DNA of 64,000 nt, taken from contig CDROCS010006357.1 of the NCBI GenBank assembly GCA_977020255.1, forward strand, positions 62,001-126,000, written 5' to 3'. Origin of the DNA: Obrimoposthia wandeli. Taxonomy: Eukaryota. The notes beneath the pieces are model-generated. The model saw only the letters and a program-made list of their open reading frames with translations, had not been told where the DNA came from and did no database searches. Below, one piece after another: positions 52,690 through 62,292 of this stretch (position 1 is the first letter of the stretch; each line of letters begins with the position of its first letter). A program made the position numbers and the translations under genes.

Positions 52690-53736
52690 ATGACGGTATC
52701 GGCGTTTAAAATTGCGGTTGACGATGGTTCAACAAATGTAAAAGTAAGCTGGATTGAAAACAACCAGTTAAAAACCATCGTTTCTCCAAATTCTTTCCGT
52801 AAAGATTGGAAAAGTGCAGCGCTGCGACGCGATAAAAAAGTTTATAACTACACCATTGGTACAACAAAATATACTTACGATGCAACGTCAGATAAAGCAT
52901 TGGCAACGACGCATGTTGATTATCAATACGATGATCTGAATCTGCTTGCTGTGCATCATGCATTAATGCAAACCGGCCTAAAACCATGCACCGTTACGTT
53001 AGTCGTCACACTGCCAATTACTGAGTTCTATAACTCAGAAGACTGCCAGCGTAATGAAGAAAAAATCAGCAAGAAACGTGCGAACTTAATGCGTGAAATC
53101 AGCTTAAATAAAGGCGAGCTATTTGAAGTTGCTGATGTTGAAGTTATGCCTGAGAGCTTACCTGCAGTGCTATCAACCTTGATAAACTCAGATTGTAATG
53201 AATTCTCACGTTCACTGGTTGTTGACTGTGGCGGTACAACGTTAGATATGGGTGTTATCGTTGGTCCGTTTGATGATGTTTCTGCTGTTTATGGTAATAA
53301 CGAAATTGGCGTTTCAATGGTTACTGATGCCGCGCGTAAGGCGTTGGCCTCTGCAGATAGCGACTCTAGCTACTTAGTGGCAAATGAACTGATTAAACGT
53401 CGCCATGATTTAGACTTCGTTAAAGAAGTCGTCAACGACGAATCACAGATAGATAATATTCTTGATAAGATTGAAATTAAAATTCAAGAGTTGGGTTCAG
53501 CGGTTGCTTATGAAGCAAAGAAATTTGCCAAAAACCCTAACCGTGTTTACTTAGTTGGTGGTGGTGCGCCGTTGGTATATGCTGCGATTCAAGCGGCTTA
53601 TGAAGTATTAGGCGATCGTGTGGTGTTGATTAAAGATGCGCAATCAGCATTGGCTCGTGAATTATGCCTATACAATACCGACGTTAAAGAGGTTCACATT
53701 GAGCGTGAAACCTTAGTTGAGGTCGAAGATGAGTAG
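52690..53736 (+). CDS. parM: ParM/StbA-family actin-like ATPase (plasmid R1-type)
   Basis: IAVDDGSTNVK (phosphate 1), SPNSFRKDW, YQYDDLNLLAVHHAL, VTLPITEFY, VMPESLPA (catalytic Glu), VDCGGTTLD (phosphate 2), GVSMVT, LVGGGA (adenosine); collinear with R1 ParM as recalled. Probable start ATG 52690. Confidence 0.92.
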   Translation: MTVSAFKIAVDDGSTNVKVSWIENNQLKTIVSPNSFRKDWKSAALRRDKKVYNYTIGTTKYTYDATSDKALATTHVDYQYDDLNLLAVHHALMQTGLKPCTVTLVVTLPITEFYNSEDCQRNEEKISKKRANLMREISLNKGELFEVADVEVMPESLPAVLSTLINSDCNEFSRSLVVDCGGTTLDMGVIVGPFDDVSAVYGNNEIGVSMVTDAARKALASADSDSSYLVANELIKRRHDLDFVKEVVNDESQIDNILDKIEIKIQELGSAVAYEAKKFAKNPNRVYLVGGGAPLVYAAIQAAYEVLGDRVVLIKDAQSALARELCLYNTDVKEVHIERETLVEVEDE

Positions 53737-54427
53737 TCGTCCGTTAAAGCGAGTTAATTACTCAATTTATCTGGATCCTGTCAATTCTAATGCTGACCGC
53801 TATGCGGTTGGCGTTATGCAGGGCTGGGCGAAAGATCGTAAAGAGATGATGTCAGATCCAAGTGCAGGCGTAGCCCTGCATTACAGTTTGCATATGCATA
53901 AGAATATTTATCTAGCAGGAATGTTTCTTTACTTACTTAGCCCCGCACTTAGTAATGCCCTTGCGGGATCGTTAACTGAAGAAAGAATTAAGATAGACAC
54001 GCTAGAACAACAGTTAGAAAACTGTGGGCTAGCATTACCCTCTACCAAGTCGTCATCGCCAGTGCTTGATACTCATGCATTGATTGATGAGTTGAAGGCT
54101 GTGGTAAATATGAAAGCGTTGATGGATGAAATTCAACAGATCAAAGCAGGGTTAGTTGAATCCAATACTGTAACTACAGCGGTACAAGACGGACTATCAG
54201 AAAGTGATATAGCGACATTGCAGCAGAATTTGGCAGCTGAAGTAAAAGCGCATAGTCAGCATCGAGAAATTGCTGAATTAAAAGCGCTACTGAAAACACA
54301 AAATCAGCTGATTAAGTCGCTTTCAAATGGGCAACCATTACCTGAAATTGAAAAGTCTGAACCTGAACTGGATTTATCACAACAAATTGCGAATATTCAG
54401 AAGGTGAAAAAGAAAGGTATTTTTTAA
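53729..54427 (+). CDS. ParR/StbB-like DNA-binding adaptor with long coiled-coil C-terminal extension
   Basis: Overlaps the parM stop by 8 nt (translational coupling). N-terminus RVNYSIYLDPVNSNADRYA...IYLAGMFLYLLSP resembles R1 ParR RTIAFKLNPDVNQTDKIV...ALTAGLALYRQDP by eye. Confidence 0.65.
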   Translation: MSSRPLKRVNYSIYLDPVNSNADRYAVGVMQGWAKDRKEMMSDPSAGVALHYSLHMHKNIYLAGMFLYLLSPALSNALAGSLTEERIKIDTLEQQLENCGLALPSTKSSSPVLDTHALIDELKAVVNMKALMDEIQQIKAGLVESNTVTTAVQDGLSESDIATLQQNLAAEVKAHSQHREIAELKALLKTQNQLIKSLSNGQPLPEIEKSEPELDLSQQIANIQKVKKKGIF

Positions 54428-54626
54428 TTATTATCAATAAAACCGCACGCTCTGCCAACCGATAATGCCTAGGGCGAAGTAACCGATCAGGTTGCTCATC
54501 CATCATGTTTTTATCGGTGAGTACTGCGCTTTGAATGAGGTGACTCGCATCAACAACAAGGCGTCGATTCAGAGTGTGGGCATTGATGGAATCGGATCGT
54601 TCTACAACAGTTTGCTCAGATATAGC

Positions 54627-54655
54627 CTTGAAAAATACCTTTCTTCCCCTTATAT
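54627..54655 (+). promoter_or_regulatory. sigma32 heat-shock promoter of ibpA
   Basis: CTTGAAA-N12/13-CCC(C)TTAT, similar to the CTTGAAA...CCCCATNT consensus. Confidence 0.75.
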
Positions 54656-54740
54656 CTATTAATGAAGAGCAAGACGCCTCAAGTAGGGTTATGTGCTTGG
54701 TTTGTCCTTTCAGGAAAATCACTTCATTACTTATATTATT

Positions 54741-54772
54741 TATATTGCTTCATTAGAAGGATAGGTATTATG
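54741..54772 (+). promoter_or_regulatory. ROSE-like RNA thermometer hairpin over the ibpA ribosome-binding site
   Basis: TTGCTT (54745-54750) can pair with AAGGA (54757-54761) with a bulged G, the U(U/C)GCU motif of ROSE elements; ATG at 54770. Confidence 0.6.
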
Positions 54773-55207
54773 CGCAACGTAGATTTCACTCCTCTTTATC
54801 GTTCAGCTATTGGCTTTGATCGTTTATTCAATCAAATGGAAAAAAACGTGAGTAACGCAAATACTGGTTACCCGCCATATAACATTGAGCAACAAGATGA
54901 TAATCACTACCGTATAACAATGGCTGTTGCAGGTTTTGCTGAAGAACAACTCGATATTACACAGCAACAGAATAAACTGATTGTGCGCGGTATTCGCGAA
55001 AGTGAAAAAGAAGAACGCCAATATTTATACCAAGGTATTGCTGAACGTGATTTTGAGCGTAAGTTCCAGCTCGCTGATTATGTCAAAGTTATTGATGCTC
55101 AAATGGTGAATGGTTTACTTCATATTGATCTTGAACGTGAGATCCCAGAAGAGCAGCAACCAAGAAAAATCGCCATTAATGGTCGTCGTATCGTTGAGGG
55201 TGAATAA
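54770..55207 (+). CDS. ibpA: Small heat-shock protein IbpA (Hsp20)
   Basis: [63 protein letters not shown]. Confidence 0.96.
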   Translation: MRNVDFTPLYRSAIGFDRLFNQMEKNVSNANTGYPPYNIEQQDDNHYRITMAVAGFAEEQLDITQQQNKLIVRGIRESEKEERQYLYQGIAERDFERKFQLADYVKVIDAQMVNGLLHIDLEREIPEEQQPRKIAINGRRIVEGE

Positions 55208-55245
55208 AGACTAAGTCACTTTATTCATAAAAGAAAAGAGTAGTG

Positions 55246-55271
55246 AAGGTCAGCTTATGCTGACCTTTTTT
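55246..55271 (+). terminator. Intrinsic terminator after ibpA
   Basis: AAGGTCAGC-TTAT-GCTGACCTTTTTT. Confidence 0.85.
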
Positions 55272-55328
55272 GTATCTATAGGTTTGGTTTGCAAGCTGAC
55301 CTGCCATTGCTAAAAGATCTGCTATCAA

Positions 55329-55344
55329 TATTTCATGTGAAACA
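55329..55344. other. parS: parS1-type centromere site (2 mismatches)
   Basis: TATTTCATGTGAAACA vs consensus TGTTTCACGTGAAACA; intergenic between ibpA and avtA. Confidence 0.65.
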
Positions 55345-55414
55345 TAGCGAAAGGGAATCGTTGAGCTTTAGTAAAAAGAATAGGCGGTATTACTATCACC
55401 TATTATTCGATTAA

Positions 55415-56665
55415 TTAGCCTTCAGCATACGCCTTGGCAACTTCTTCAGCGATAACAGTTATGCCTTTTTGCATGTCTTCGTCACTTTGAACATAGTTCA
55501 TCCGCAAACATTCATGGCTATGTTGCCAGTCATCATCTAAGCCAATAAAAAAGTATTCGCCCGGAACAATTAATACTCCCCGCGATTTTAAACGGCGGTA
55601 GAGTTCCATTGTTGTAATCGGGAGTTCTTTAAACCATAACCATAAGAACATCGCGCCTTCGGGTTTATGAATACGAAAACGTGGATCTGTAATCGCGGTT
55701 TGTAACAGCTTTACCGCATCCTGTGATTTTTGTAAGTAAAAAGGTTTGATGACTTTTTCACTTAAAGTCAGTAAATCATTTCTCTCCATCATCTTATTGA
55801 TGATGGCCGGACCAACGCCCCCTGGCGCTAAACTGAGTACGCCATTCATATTGATTATTGCTGTGGTGATTTCTTCACTCGCGATTACAATGCCACACCG
55901 AACGCCCGGTAAGCCTAATTTTGAAAGGCTCATGCATAGGATGGTATTTTCATTCCAGAAAGGGGTGACATCAGCAAAAATAATATCAGGAAACGGCATT
56001 CCGTAAGCATTATCAATGATTAATGGAATTTTATGCTCTTGGGCCAGCTGATCTAAATGGTGAATTTCTTCATCGGTAAGTACATTACCGGTTGGATTCG
56101 TTGGGCGAGAGGCGCAAATAACCCCGATACTGCTATCAACTTTTAACTTTTTAAAGTCGATGTGGTATTTGAATTGACCGTTATCCAGTAAGGTGATTTC
56201 AGGGTGATAAGAAATAAACATATTATCGCTTAACCCTGAATCGCCGTAGCCAATATATTCAGGTGCTAACGGGAGTAATACTTTTTTCTTGCTGCCGTCT
56301 GGAAATTCACCTGCCAGCAAATTGAAAAGGTTAAAGAATGCACTTTGGCTACCGTTTGTCAGCGCAATATTTTTTGCGCTAATATCCCAGCCATACGTGT
56401 CACGGAGTAAATCGGCGAGGGCATTGATGAAGGTATTTTTCCCTTGGGGACCATCATAATTTGTCATTGCCGCTGCGAGTTCACCCGTGCTAACCATCTC
56501 TTTGGCTATATAGTTAAAGTAATCCATCATGAAGGGAATTTGTGCGGGATTACCGCCACCTAGCATGATTGCGTCTGGATTTCTTAGGCCATCATTCAAA
56601 TCATCCATCAATTGGGTGATACCTGAATAACGAGCGAACTTATCTCCGAATGTAGAAAACTCCAT
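55415..56665 (-). CDS. avtA: Valine-pyruvate aminotransferase AvtA
   Basis: MEFSTFGDKFARYSGITQLMDDL, LGGGNPA, SRPTNPTGN, DNAYG, SLSKLGLPGVRCG (PLP lysine). Confidence 0.95.
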   Translation of the reverse strand: MEFSTFGDKFARYSGITQLMDDLNDGLRNPDAIMLGGGNPAQIPFMMDYFNYIAKEMVSTGELAAAMTNYDGPQGKNTFINALADLLRDTYGWDISAKNIALTNGSQSAFFNLFNLLAGEFPDGSKKKVLLPLAPEYIGYGDSGLSDNMFISYHPEITLLDNGQFKYHIDFKKLKVDSSIGVICASRPTNPTGNVLTDEEIHHLDQLAQEHKIPLIIDNAYGMPFPDIIFADVTPFWNENTILCMSLSKLGLPGVRCGIVIASEEITTAIINMNGVLSLAPGGVGPAIINKMMERNDLLTLSEKVIKPFYLQKSQDAVKLLQTAITDPRFRIHKPEGAMFLWLWFKELPITTMELYRRLKSRGVLIVPGEYFFIGLDDDWQHSHECLRMNYVQSDEDMQKGITVIAEEVAKAYAEG

Positions 56666-56798
56666 GTGTACTACCGACCTCAGTGTATTGTTCTAATCAT
56701 TATTTGTTAAATAACTGTATAAGTTGTATTCACATTTCAACATACATGATTGTACTGCAGAGGGAAAGAACAAGAAGCAACCAATTTTTCTGGTCTGA

Positions 56799-56814
56799 TG
56801 TTTCATGTGAAACA
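56799..56814. other. parS: parS1-type centromere site (1 mismatch)
   Basis: TGTTTCATGTGAAACA, intergenic between avtA and glyS. Confidence 0.8.
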
Positions 56815-56878
56815 ATGCGTTTTGATTTTAAAGACTCACTTTCGATGAGTGGCTGGTGGTTGTATTTCACTGTTATTC

Positions 56879-56894
56879 TGTTTCACGTGAAACA
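56879..56894. other. parS: parS1-type centromere site (perfect)
   Basis: TGTTTCACGTGAAACA, 80 bp from the previous site. Confidence 0.9.
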
Positions 56895-56901
56895 CAGGCA
56901 T

Positions 56902-56933
56902 AAAAAAACCCCACACTAAAAAGTGTAGGGCTT
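56902..56933 (-). terminator. Intrinsic terminator after glyS
   Basis: Minus strand AAGCCCTACACT-TTTT-AGTGTGGGGTTTTTTT. Confidence 0.75.
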
Positions 56934-56952
56934 ATATTCTTTTGGGTGCGCG

Positions 56953-59022
56953 TTATTTCTGAACTAAAGAAATATCTGCCACTTTTAAGAATTCGTTACG
57001 TAGTAGGTTAAGCATCGTTAGACGGTTAACTTTAAGTTTTTCGTCATCCGCCATAACCATTACGTTATCGAAGAATGCGTCTACTGGTTCACGTAGCGTT
57101 GCTAGCTCAGATAATGCTTGTTGGTAGTTACCTTCAGCAAAGACTGGTGCTAACGCTGCAATCATAGCTTCTACTTTATCCGCTAATGCTTTTTCTGCAT
57201 CTTCAATCAGTAGTGAGCGATCTACAGCTAATGGCAATTCGCCATCAAATTTAGCTAAGATATTACCAACACGTTTATTGGCTGCGGCTAATGATTCAGC
57301 GGCATCTAATGAACGGAAGTGGCTAACGGCTTTAACACGCTTATCGAAATCAGCTGGCTGTGTTGGGCGTAATGCTAATACCGCTAGAATTACGTCGACA
57401 CTATGACCTTCATCTTGATACCAAGCACGGAAGCGACCTAGCATAAAGTCGATCACGTCATCTTCCACGTTAGCATTTGTTAGCTTGTCACCAAACTGAG
57501 CGCGTGCCTTCGCGATAAGATCAACTAAGTCTAGGTTGTAACCTTTCTCTACGATGATGCGTAGCACACCGAGTGCTGCTCGGCGTAGGGCGAATGGGTC
57601 GCTACCTTTTGGTGCTTGACCAATACCGAAGATACCCACTAGCGTATCAATCTTATCTGCCATCGCGACAGCTGCTGAAACTCCAGTACTTGGTAGTTCG
57701 TCACCTGCAAAGCGTGGCATGTACTGTTCATATAACGCTAATGCTACATCTTCAGCTTCACCATCATGGCGAGCGTAATGCATGCCCATCACACCTTGGG
57801 TATCGGTAAACTCGAATACCATTGATGTCATTAGGTCACATTTGGCTAATAGGCCAGCGCGTTTAGCGTTCGTTACGTCGGCATCGATTTTCTCTGCAAT
57901 GTAACCAGCAAGCTCAGTAATACGATCTGTCTTATCTTTAATCGTACCAAGTTGCTTTTGGAAGATAGCCGTTTCTAGTTCAGGAAGGCGATCAACCAAT
58001 GGGCGTTTACGGTCAGTTTTAAAGAAGAACTCAGCATCCGCTAGGCGAGGGCGAACAACCTTTTCATTACCTTCGATGATCTGACGTGGGTCTTTCGACT
58101 CAATGTTTGTCACGAAAATAAACTTAGGTATTAGGTTGCCTTCAGCATCGTAAACCGGGAAGTACTTCTGATCACCTTTCATGGTGTAAACCAGTGCTTC
58201 AGTCGGTACGTTTAGGAAGTTTTCTTCAAATGATGCTGTTAATACAACAGGCCATTCAACTAAAGATGTCACTTCTTCAACTAGCTCATCTTCAAGATCA
58301 GCAATGCCACCCACTTCCAGTGCCGCTTTCTTAGCACCTTCAAGAATGATTGCTTTACGTGCTTCGTAATTTGCCATTACTTTGCCACGTTCTTCAAGAA
58401 TAGCAGGGTACTGATCGGCATTATCAATCGTAAATTCTGCTTCACCCATGAAACGGTGACCACGAATGATACGTGCTGAGTCTGCACCTAGAATATTGCC
58501 TTCGATTAATTCGTCACCTAACAGCATGGTTAGGGTTTTAACTGGGCGAATAAATTGTATTTCGTTGTTACCCCAACGCATAGGCTTAGGGATCGGTAAT
58601 TTAGCCAGTGCTGCTGCTGCAAGACCACTCAGTAGTGCTTGAGCGGGCTTACCTTTTACTTCTTGCTTGTACAGTAACCATTCGCCTTTCTCTGTTTTCA
58701 GAGTATCAGCTTGCTCGACAGTAATACCATTACCACGTGCCCAGCCTTGAGCGGCTTTCGTTGGGTTACCTTCTGCATCAAAAGCGGCAGAGATAGCAGG
58801 TCCACGTTTTTCAACGACGCTATCACCTTGACCTGTAGCCAGTGCTGTTACTTTAAGCGCTAAACGACGAGGCGTTGCAAACCATTCGATACCTTGGTGT
58901 ACAAGCGAGGCTGCTTTTAACTCTGCTTCAAAGTTTGATGAAAATGCTTCAGCAAGTGTGCGAAGAGCTTTAGGTGGTAGCTCTTCAGTACCTAATTCGA
59001 TAAGGAAATTTCTTTCAGTCAT
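56953..59022 (-). CDS. glyS: Glycine-tRNA ligase beta subunit
   Basis: [52 protein letters not shown]. Confidence 0.98.
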   Translation of the reverse strand: MTERNFLIELGTEELPPKALRTLAEAFSSNFEAELKAASLVHQGIEWFATPRRLALKVTALATGQGDSVVEKRGPAISAAFDAEGNPTKAAQGWARGNGITVEQADTLKTEKGEWLLYKQEVKGKPAQALLSGLAAAALAKLPIPKPMRWGNNEIQFIRPVKTLTMLLGDELIEGNILGADSARIIRGHRFMGEAEFTIDNADQYPAILEERGKVMANYEARKAIILEGAKKAALEVGGIADLEDELVEEVTSLVEWPVVLTASFEENFLNVPTEALVYTMKGDQKYFPVYDAEGNLIPKFIFVTNIESKDPRQIIEGNEKVVRPRLADAEFFFKTDRKRPLVDRLPELETAIFQKQLGTIKDKTDRITELAGYIAEKIDADVTNAKRAGLLAKCDLMTSMVFEFTDTQGVMGMHYARHDGEAEDVALALYEQYMPRFAGDELPSTGVSAAVAMADKIDTLVGIFGIGQAPKGSDPFALRRAALGVLRIIVEKGYNLDLVDLIAKARAQFGDKLTNANVEDDVIDFMLGRFRAWYQDEGHSVDVILAVLALRPTQPADFDKRVKAVSHFRSLDAAESLAAANKRVGNILAKFDGELPLAVDRSLLIEDAEKALADKVEAMIAALAPVFAEGNYQQALSELATLREPVDAFFDNVMVMADDEKLKVNRLTMLNLLRNEFLKVADISLVQK

Positions 59023-59031
59023 GCGACGTCC

Positions 59032-59943
59032 TTACTTATCTTTTTTGCACATCGGGAAGCCAAGAGCTTCACGAGACGCGTAGTAAGCTTCAGCAACTTG
59101 TTTAGTCAGGTTGCGAATACGTAGGATGTAACGTTGGCGCTCGGTAACCGAGATCGCTTTACGCGCATCAAGCAAGTTAAACGCATGACCTGCTTTTAGA
59201 ATACGTTCGTAGGCAGGAAGAGATAACGGAGTCTCTAGTGCCAATAGTTCCTTACATTCTTTCTCGCACTGGTCGAAGAAAGTGAATAAGAAATCTACGT
59301 CAGCGTGTTCAAAGTTATACGTTGATTGCTCAACTTCATTTTGGTGAAAGATATCGCCATAGGTTACTTTACCTAATGGACCATCAGTCCAAACGAGGTC
59401 GTAAACTGAGTCAACGTTTTGGATGTACATCGCCAAACGTTCGATACCGTAAGTGATTTCACCTGTTACAGGTTTACACTCAATACCACCAACCTGCTGG
59501 AAGTAAGTAAACTGTGTTACTTCCATACCGTTTAGCCAAACTTCCCAGCCAAGACCCCAGGCACCCAGTGTTGGGTTTTCCCAGTTATCTTCAACGAAGC
59601 GGATGTCATGTACCTGAGTATCAACACCCAGTACTTCAAGTGAGCCAAGGTATAGTTCCTGAATATTGTCAGGTGATGGTTTTAGCATTACTTGGAACTG
59701 GTAGTAGTGCTGTAGGCGGTTTGGGTTTTCACCGTAACGGCCATCAGTAGGACGACGTGATGGTTGTACATATGCTGCTGCAATTGGCTCTGGACCTAAA
59801 GCGCGAAGACATGTCATTGGGTGAGAAGTACCAGCACCAACTTCCATGTCTAGAGGTTGAACTATTGTACAACCCTGCTTGCCCCAGTAATCCTGCAGTG
59901 CGAGGATCATACCTTGAAAGGTTTTAATATCGTAATTCTGCAT
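59032..59943 (-). CDS. glyQ: Glycine-tRNA ligase alpha subunit
   Basis: [52 protein letters not shown]; probable start ATG 59943 (MQNYD). Confidence 0.98.
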   Translation of the reverse strand: MQNYDIKTFQGMILALQDYWGKQGCTIVQPLDMEVGAGTSHPMTCLRALGPEPIAAAYVQPSRRPTDGRYGENPNRLQHYYQFQVMLKPSPDNIQELYLGSLEVLGVDTQVHDIRFVEDNWENPTLGAWGLGWEVWLNGMEVTQFTYFQQVGGIECKPVTGEITYGIERLAMYIQNVDSVYDLVWTDGPLGKVTYGDIFHQNEVEQSTYNFEHADVDFLFTFFDQCEKECKELLALETPLSLPAYERILKAGHAFNLLDARKAISVTERQRYILRIRNLTKQVAEAYYASREALGFPMCKKDK

Positions 59944-60232
59944 TGTGAACTTCGCGAGATTAGTGGATGAAAAGTAATATTCCAGTATACCTCGCATGGC
60001 TTTTACCGAGTAGGGTTAGTGAGTGTTTTTTATTCGTCTTTGGCTATTTTACAGGACTATTTTTTTAAACATCGATGTGTTTATATCTCCACTGTGTTTT
60101 TTGACATTATCTTGATGTGCAAAAAATCAGTGTTCATTATAATAGAAGCAGTTTCTGGCTCATTATCTTTAAAATAATGAGTGAGTGGTAGTGATTAGAC
60201 ATCGATCATAAATCGAGAATATGGAATAAAAA

Positions 60233-60958
60233 ATGGTGAAGGCAATGGATTTTTCAATGGTATCCAATCAAACATTATCAAAGAATAAAGTATCCAATAA
60301 GTGGGTACGTACAGCGGTATTTGCAGTGATGACATCTGTTGTTGCTACTGGCTGTACAACGGTAAACCCATACTCGCGTGAAGAGCAAACTGCGAAATCA
60401 ACCAGTGGGGCACTTATCGGCGCTATTTCTGGTGCTGTTATTGGTGTGGCTTCTTCAAGTAAAAGTGACCGCGGTAAAGGTGCCTTAATTGGCGCTGCAT
60501 CAGGTGCTGCACTTGGTGGTGGTATCGGTTATTACATGGACGTGCAAGAAACCAAATTACGTCAGCAATTAGAATCTACGGGTATTAGCGTTACCCGTGA
60601 TGGCGATAATATTGTATTAAATATGCCGAACGAAATTACATTTGGTATTGATCAGTCTGATCTCAGTTCACGCGCTGTTGCCGCGTTAAAGAATGTTGCT
60701 CTTGTCGCGAAAGAGTACGACAAGACGCTTATTAATGTTTACGGCTTCACTGATAGCACTGGCTCTGCATCTTATAATCAACGTTTATCGCAGGTTCGCG
60801 CAAGTGAAGTGAGTAGTAACTTGATGCGTGGTGGTGTTGCGGCTAATCGTGTTATTACCAAAGGTATGGGTGAAGCAAAGCCAATTTCCTCAAATAAAAC
60901 TGAGCAAGGTCGTGCTGAAAATCGCCGTGTAGAAATCGTGTTAAGCCCAACGTCTTAA
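60233..60958 (+). CDS. OmpA-family lipoprotein (YiaD-like)
   Basis: Lipobox VATGC, glycine zipper (GALIGA...GGGIGYYMD), OmpA domain GFTDSTGS..YNQRLSQ.RA..V, RAENRRVEI. Exact start uncertain. Confidence 0.88.
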   Translation: MVKAMDFSMVSNQTLSKNKVSNKWVRTAVFAVMTSVVATGCTTVNPYSREEQTAKSTSGALIGAISGAVIGVASSSKSDRGKGALIGAASGAALGGGIGYYMDVQETKLRQQLESTGISVTRDGDNIVLNMPNEITFGIDQSDLSSRAVAALKNVALVAKEYDKTLINVYGFTDSTGSASYNQRLSQVRASEVSSNLMRGGVAANRVITKGMGEAKPISSNKTEQGRAENRRVEIVLSPTS

Positions 60959-61067
60959 TCTCGATGCTTATCTGATTGCCAACTGTTAGCTTAACGGTTG
61001 GTAATATTCTTACCTTATTCTTCTCTTTTATTCTTGTATCCTTTTATCTCTCTCGTTATTATGCCGT

Positions 61068-61187
61068 TTCCTTTGGGGAGTAGCCTCTCGATCTATCGAG
61101 ATAATCGTCAACATACTTGAAGCAAAATCTTCATGGCGATTATGACTCACACTAATCCTACTTTAGTGAGTTTGGCGAGACCATTGG
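61068..61187 (+). ncRNA. yybP-ykoY Mn2+ riboswitch
   Basis: TTTGGGGAGTAGCC...CGTCAACATAC...TGGCG...GGCGAGACCA hallmark segments upstream of a UPF0016 gene. Confidence 0.9.
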
Positions 61188-61265
61188 TAAACCAGCATGA
61201 ACCGGGGTGGGGCATGTGCGTTTACCTGTGGTTTTTATAAATATCCTCACCCCCAAGTGCATGTC

Positions 61266-61823
61266 GTGAGCGTATTAGCTATATCCATTACTACTGTTGC
61301 CTTAGCTGAAATTGGCGATAAAACCCAACTACTATCTCTACTGTTAGCGAGCCGCTATCGTAAACCTGTACCCATTATTCTGGCTATTTTCTTTGCGACG
61401 ATTGCTAATCACGCACTGGCTGCTTGGCTTGGTGTCGTCGTTGCTGACTATCTAACGCCTGATGTATTGAAATGGGTACTTGTCGTGAGTTTTGTGGTGA
61501 TGGCGGGTTGGATCCTCATTCCCGATAAACTGGATGATGATGAAAGCATTTCTAATCGTGGTCCGTTTGTCGCCAGTTTTATTGCTTTTTTTATTGCGGA
61601 GATTGGGGACAAAACCCAAGTCGCGACAACCATGCTAGGCGCTAAATACAGTGATGCGTTATTACTTGTCGTATTAGGAACAACGGTAGGCATGTTATTA
61701 GCGAATGTACCTGTGGTGTTGATTGGTAAATTATCAGCAGATAAAATGCCGCTAGCGTTGATCCGTAAAGTGACCGCAACCTTGTTTGCTGGTCTTGCTT
61801 TGACTGCTGCATTTGGTTTGTAA
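61266..61823 (+). CDS. mneA: UPF0016 / TMEM165-GDT1 family Mn2+ exporter (MneA-like)
   Basis: Two EIGDKTQ motifs in a 6-TM protein, downstream of the yybP-ykoY riboswitch; probable start GTG 61266. Confidence 0.88.
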   Translation: MSVLAISITTVALAEIGDKTQLLSLLLASRYRKPVPIILAIFFATIANHALAAWLGVVVADYLTPDVLKWVLVVSFVVMAGWILIPDKLDDDESISNRGPFVASFIAFFIAEIGDKTQVATTMLGAKYSDALLLVVLGTTVGMLLANVPVVLIGKLSADKMPLALIRKVTATLFAGLALTAAFGL

Positions 61824-61833
61824 TTTCTGATTG

Positions 61834-61849
61834 TGTTTCACGTGAAACG
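61834..61849. other. parS: parS1-type centromere site
   Basis: TGTTTCACGTGAAACG, 10 nt after the mneA stop. Confidence 0.85.
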
Positions 61850-61973
61850 CGCCACTATCATCTTAACTACCAGATAGTATGACTGTTTTGTGAATTGTGA
61901 TACTGATTGCTATGTGGAAAAAAACGCCATGGTACAGTGATATCACTAGCATGGTGTTTAGTAGGAGGAAGGT

Positions 61974-62225
61974 ATGAACCGGTTTCTCGCTATATCTACA
62001 CAGAGTCAGTTTTGGTTGTTTAACACTGCACTTATTCTTAATATTTTAGGAATGGTACTAACGGATATGTGGCTACCTATGGTGGTTGGTGCCATTGTGA
62101 CAACTTACTTATCGGTCGATGCGCTTGTTCGGCTGCGTTATGTGATCCCAATGAAAAAGGAGATCCGTGACTTACGGCATGAATTAGAAAGTGCGCGCAA
62201 AGAAGTAAAAGAAAGCTACGAGTAG
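61974..62225 (+). CDS. Small hypothetical membrane protein (2 TM segments plus charged tail)
   Basis: Strong RBS AGGAGG upstream; hydrophobic segments then KKEIRDLRHELESARKE; followed by a terminator. Confidence 0.7.
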   Translation: MNRFLAISTQSQFWLFNTALILNILGMVLTDMWLPMVVGAIVTTYLSVDALVRLRYVIPMKKEIRDLRHELESARKEVKESYE

Positions 62226-62261
62226 GCGATGGTAATCAGATTTGTGTGTGTGTCTAGTCCT

Positions 62262-62292
62262 AAAAAAGGCAGCTCTTAGAGCTGCCTTTTTT
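62262..62292. terminator. Bidirectional terminator between the small membrane ORF and tusA
   Basis: AAAAAAGGCAGCTC-TTA-GAGCTGCCTTTTTT. Confidence 0.85.

Larger units (their letters stand above)
15986..54427. other. Accessory island: contiguous lateral (Flag-2/Laf) flagellar cluster + fliB + parM/parR-like pair, inserted between gyrB and ibpA
   Basis: About 40 flagellar ORFs in Flag-2 order (flhA at one end, motB at the other), flanked by core Vibrionaceae genes. No integrase, transposase or att repeat is visible. Confidence 0.85.

Noticed and set aside
15900-54626. att sites, integrase or IS defining the island
   Set aside because: No direct repeat shared by the two borders and no recombinase or transposase ORF found by eye, so it is not called a mobile element.
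54312-54722. 136-aa minus-strand ORF at the island border
   Set aside because: Overlaps the ParR-like 3' end and the ibpA sigma32 promoter; no ribosome-binding site or recognisable motif.
56852-56859. E. coli Chi GCTGGTGG between two parS sites
   Set aside because: An octamer is expected by chance (also at 43807 and 48305), and Chi identity in this taxon is not established from the sequence.
56683-56919. 78-aa plus-strand ORF between avtA and glyS
   Set aside because: Runs over two parS sites and the glyS terminator; composition not protein-like.
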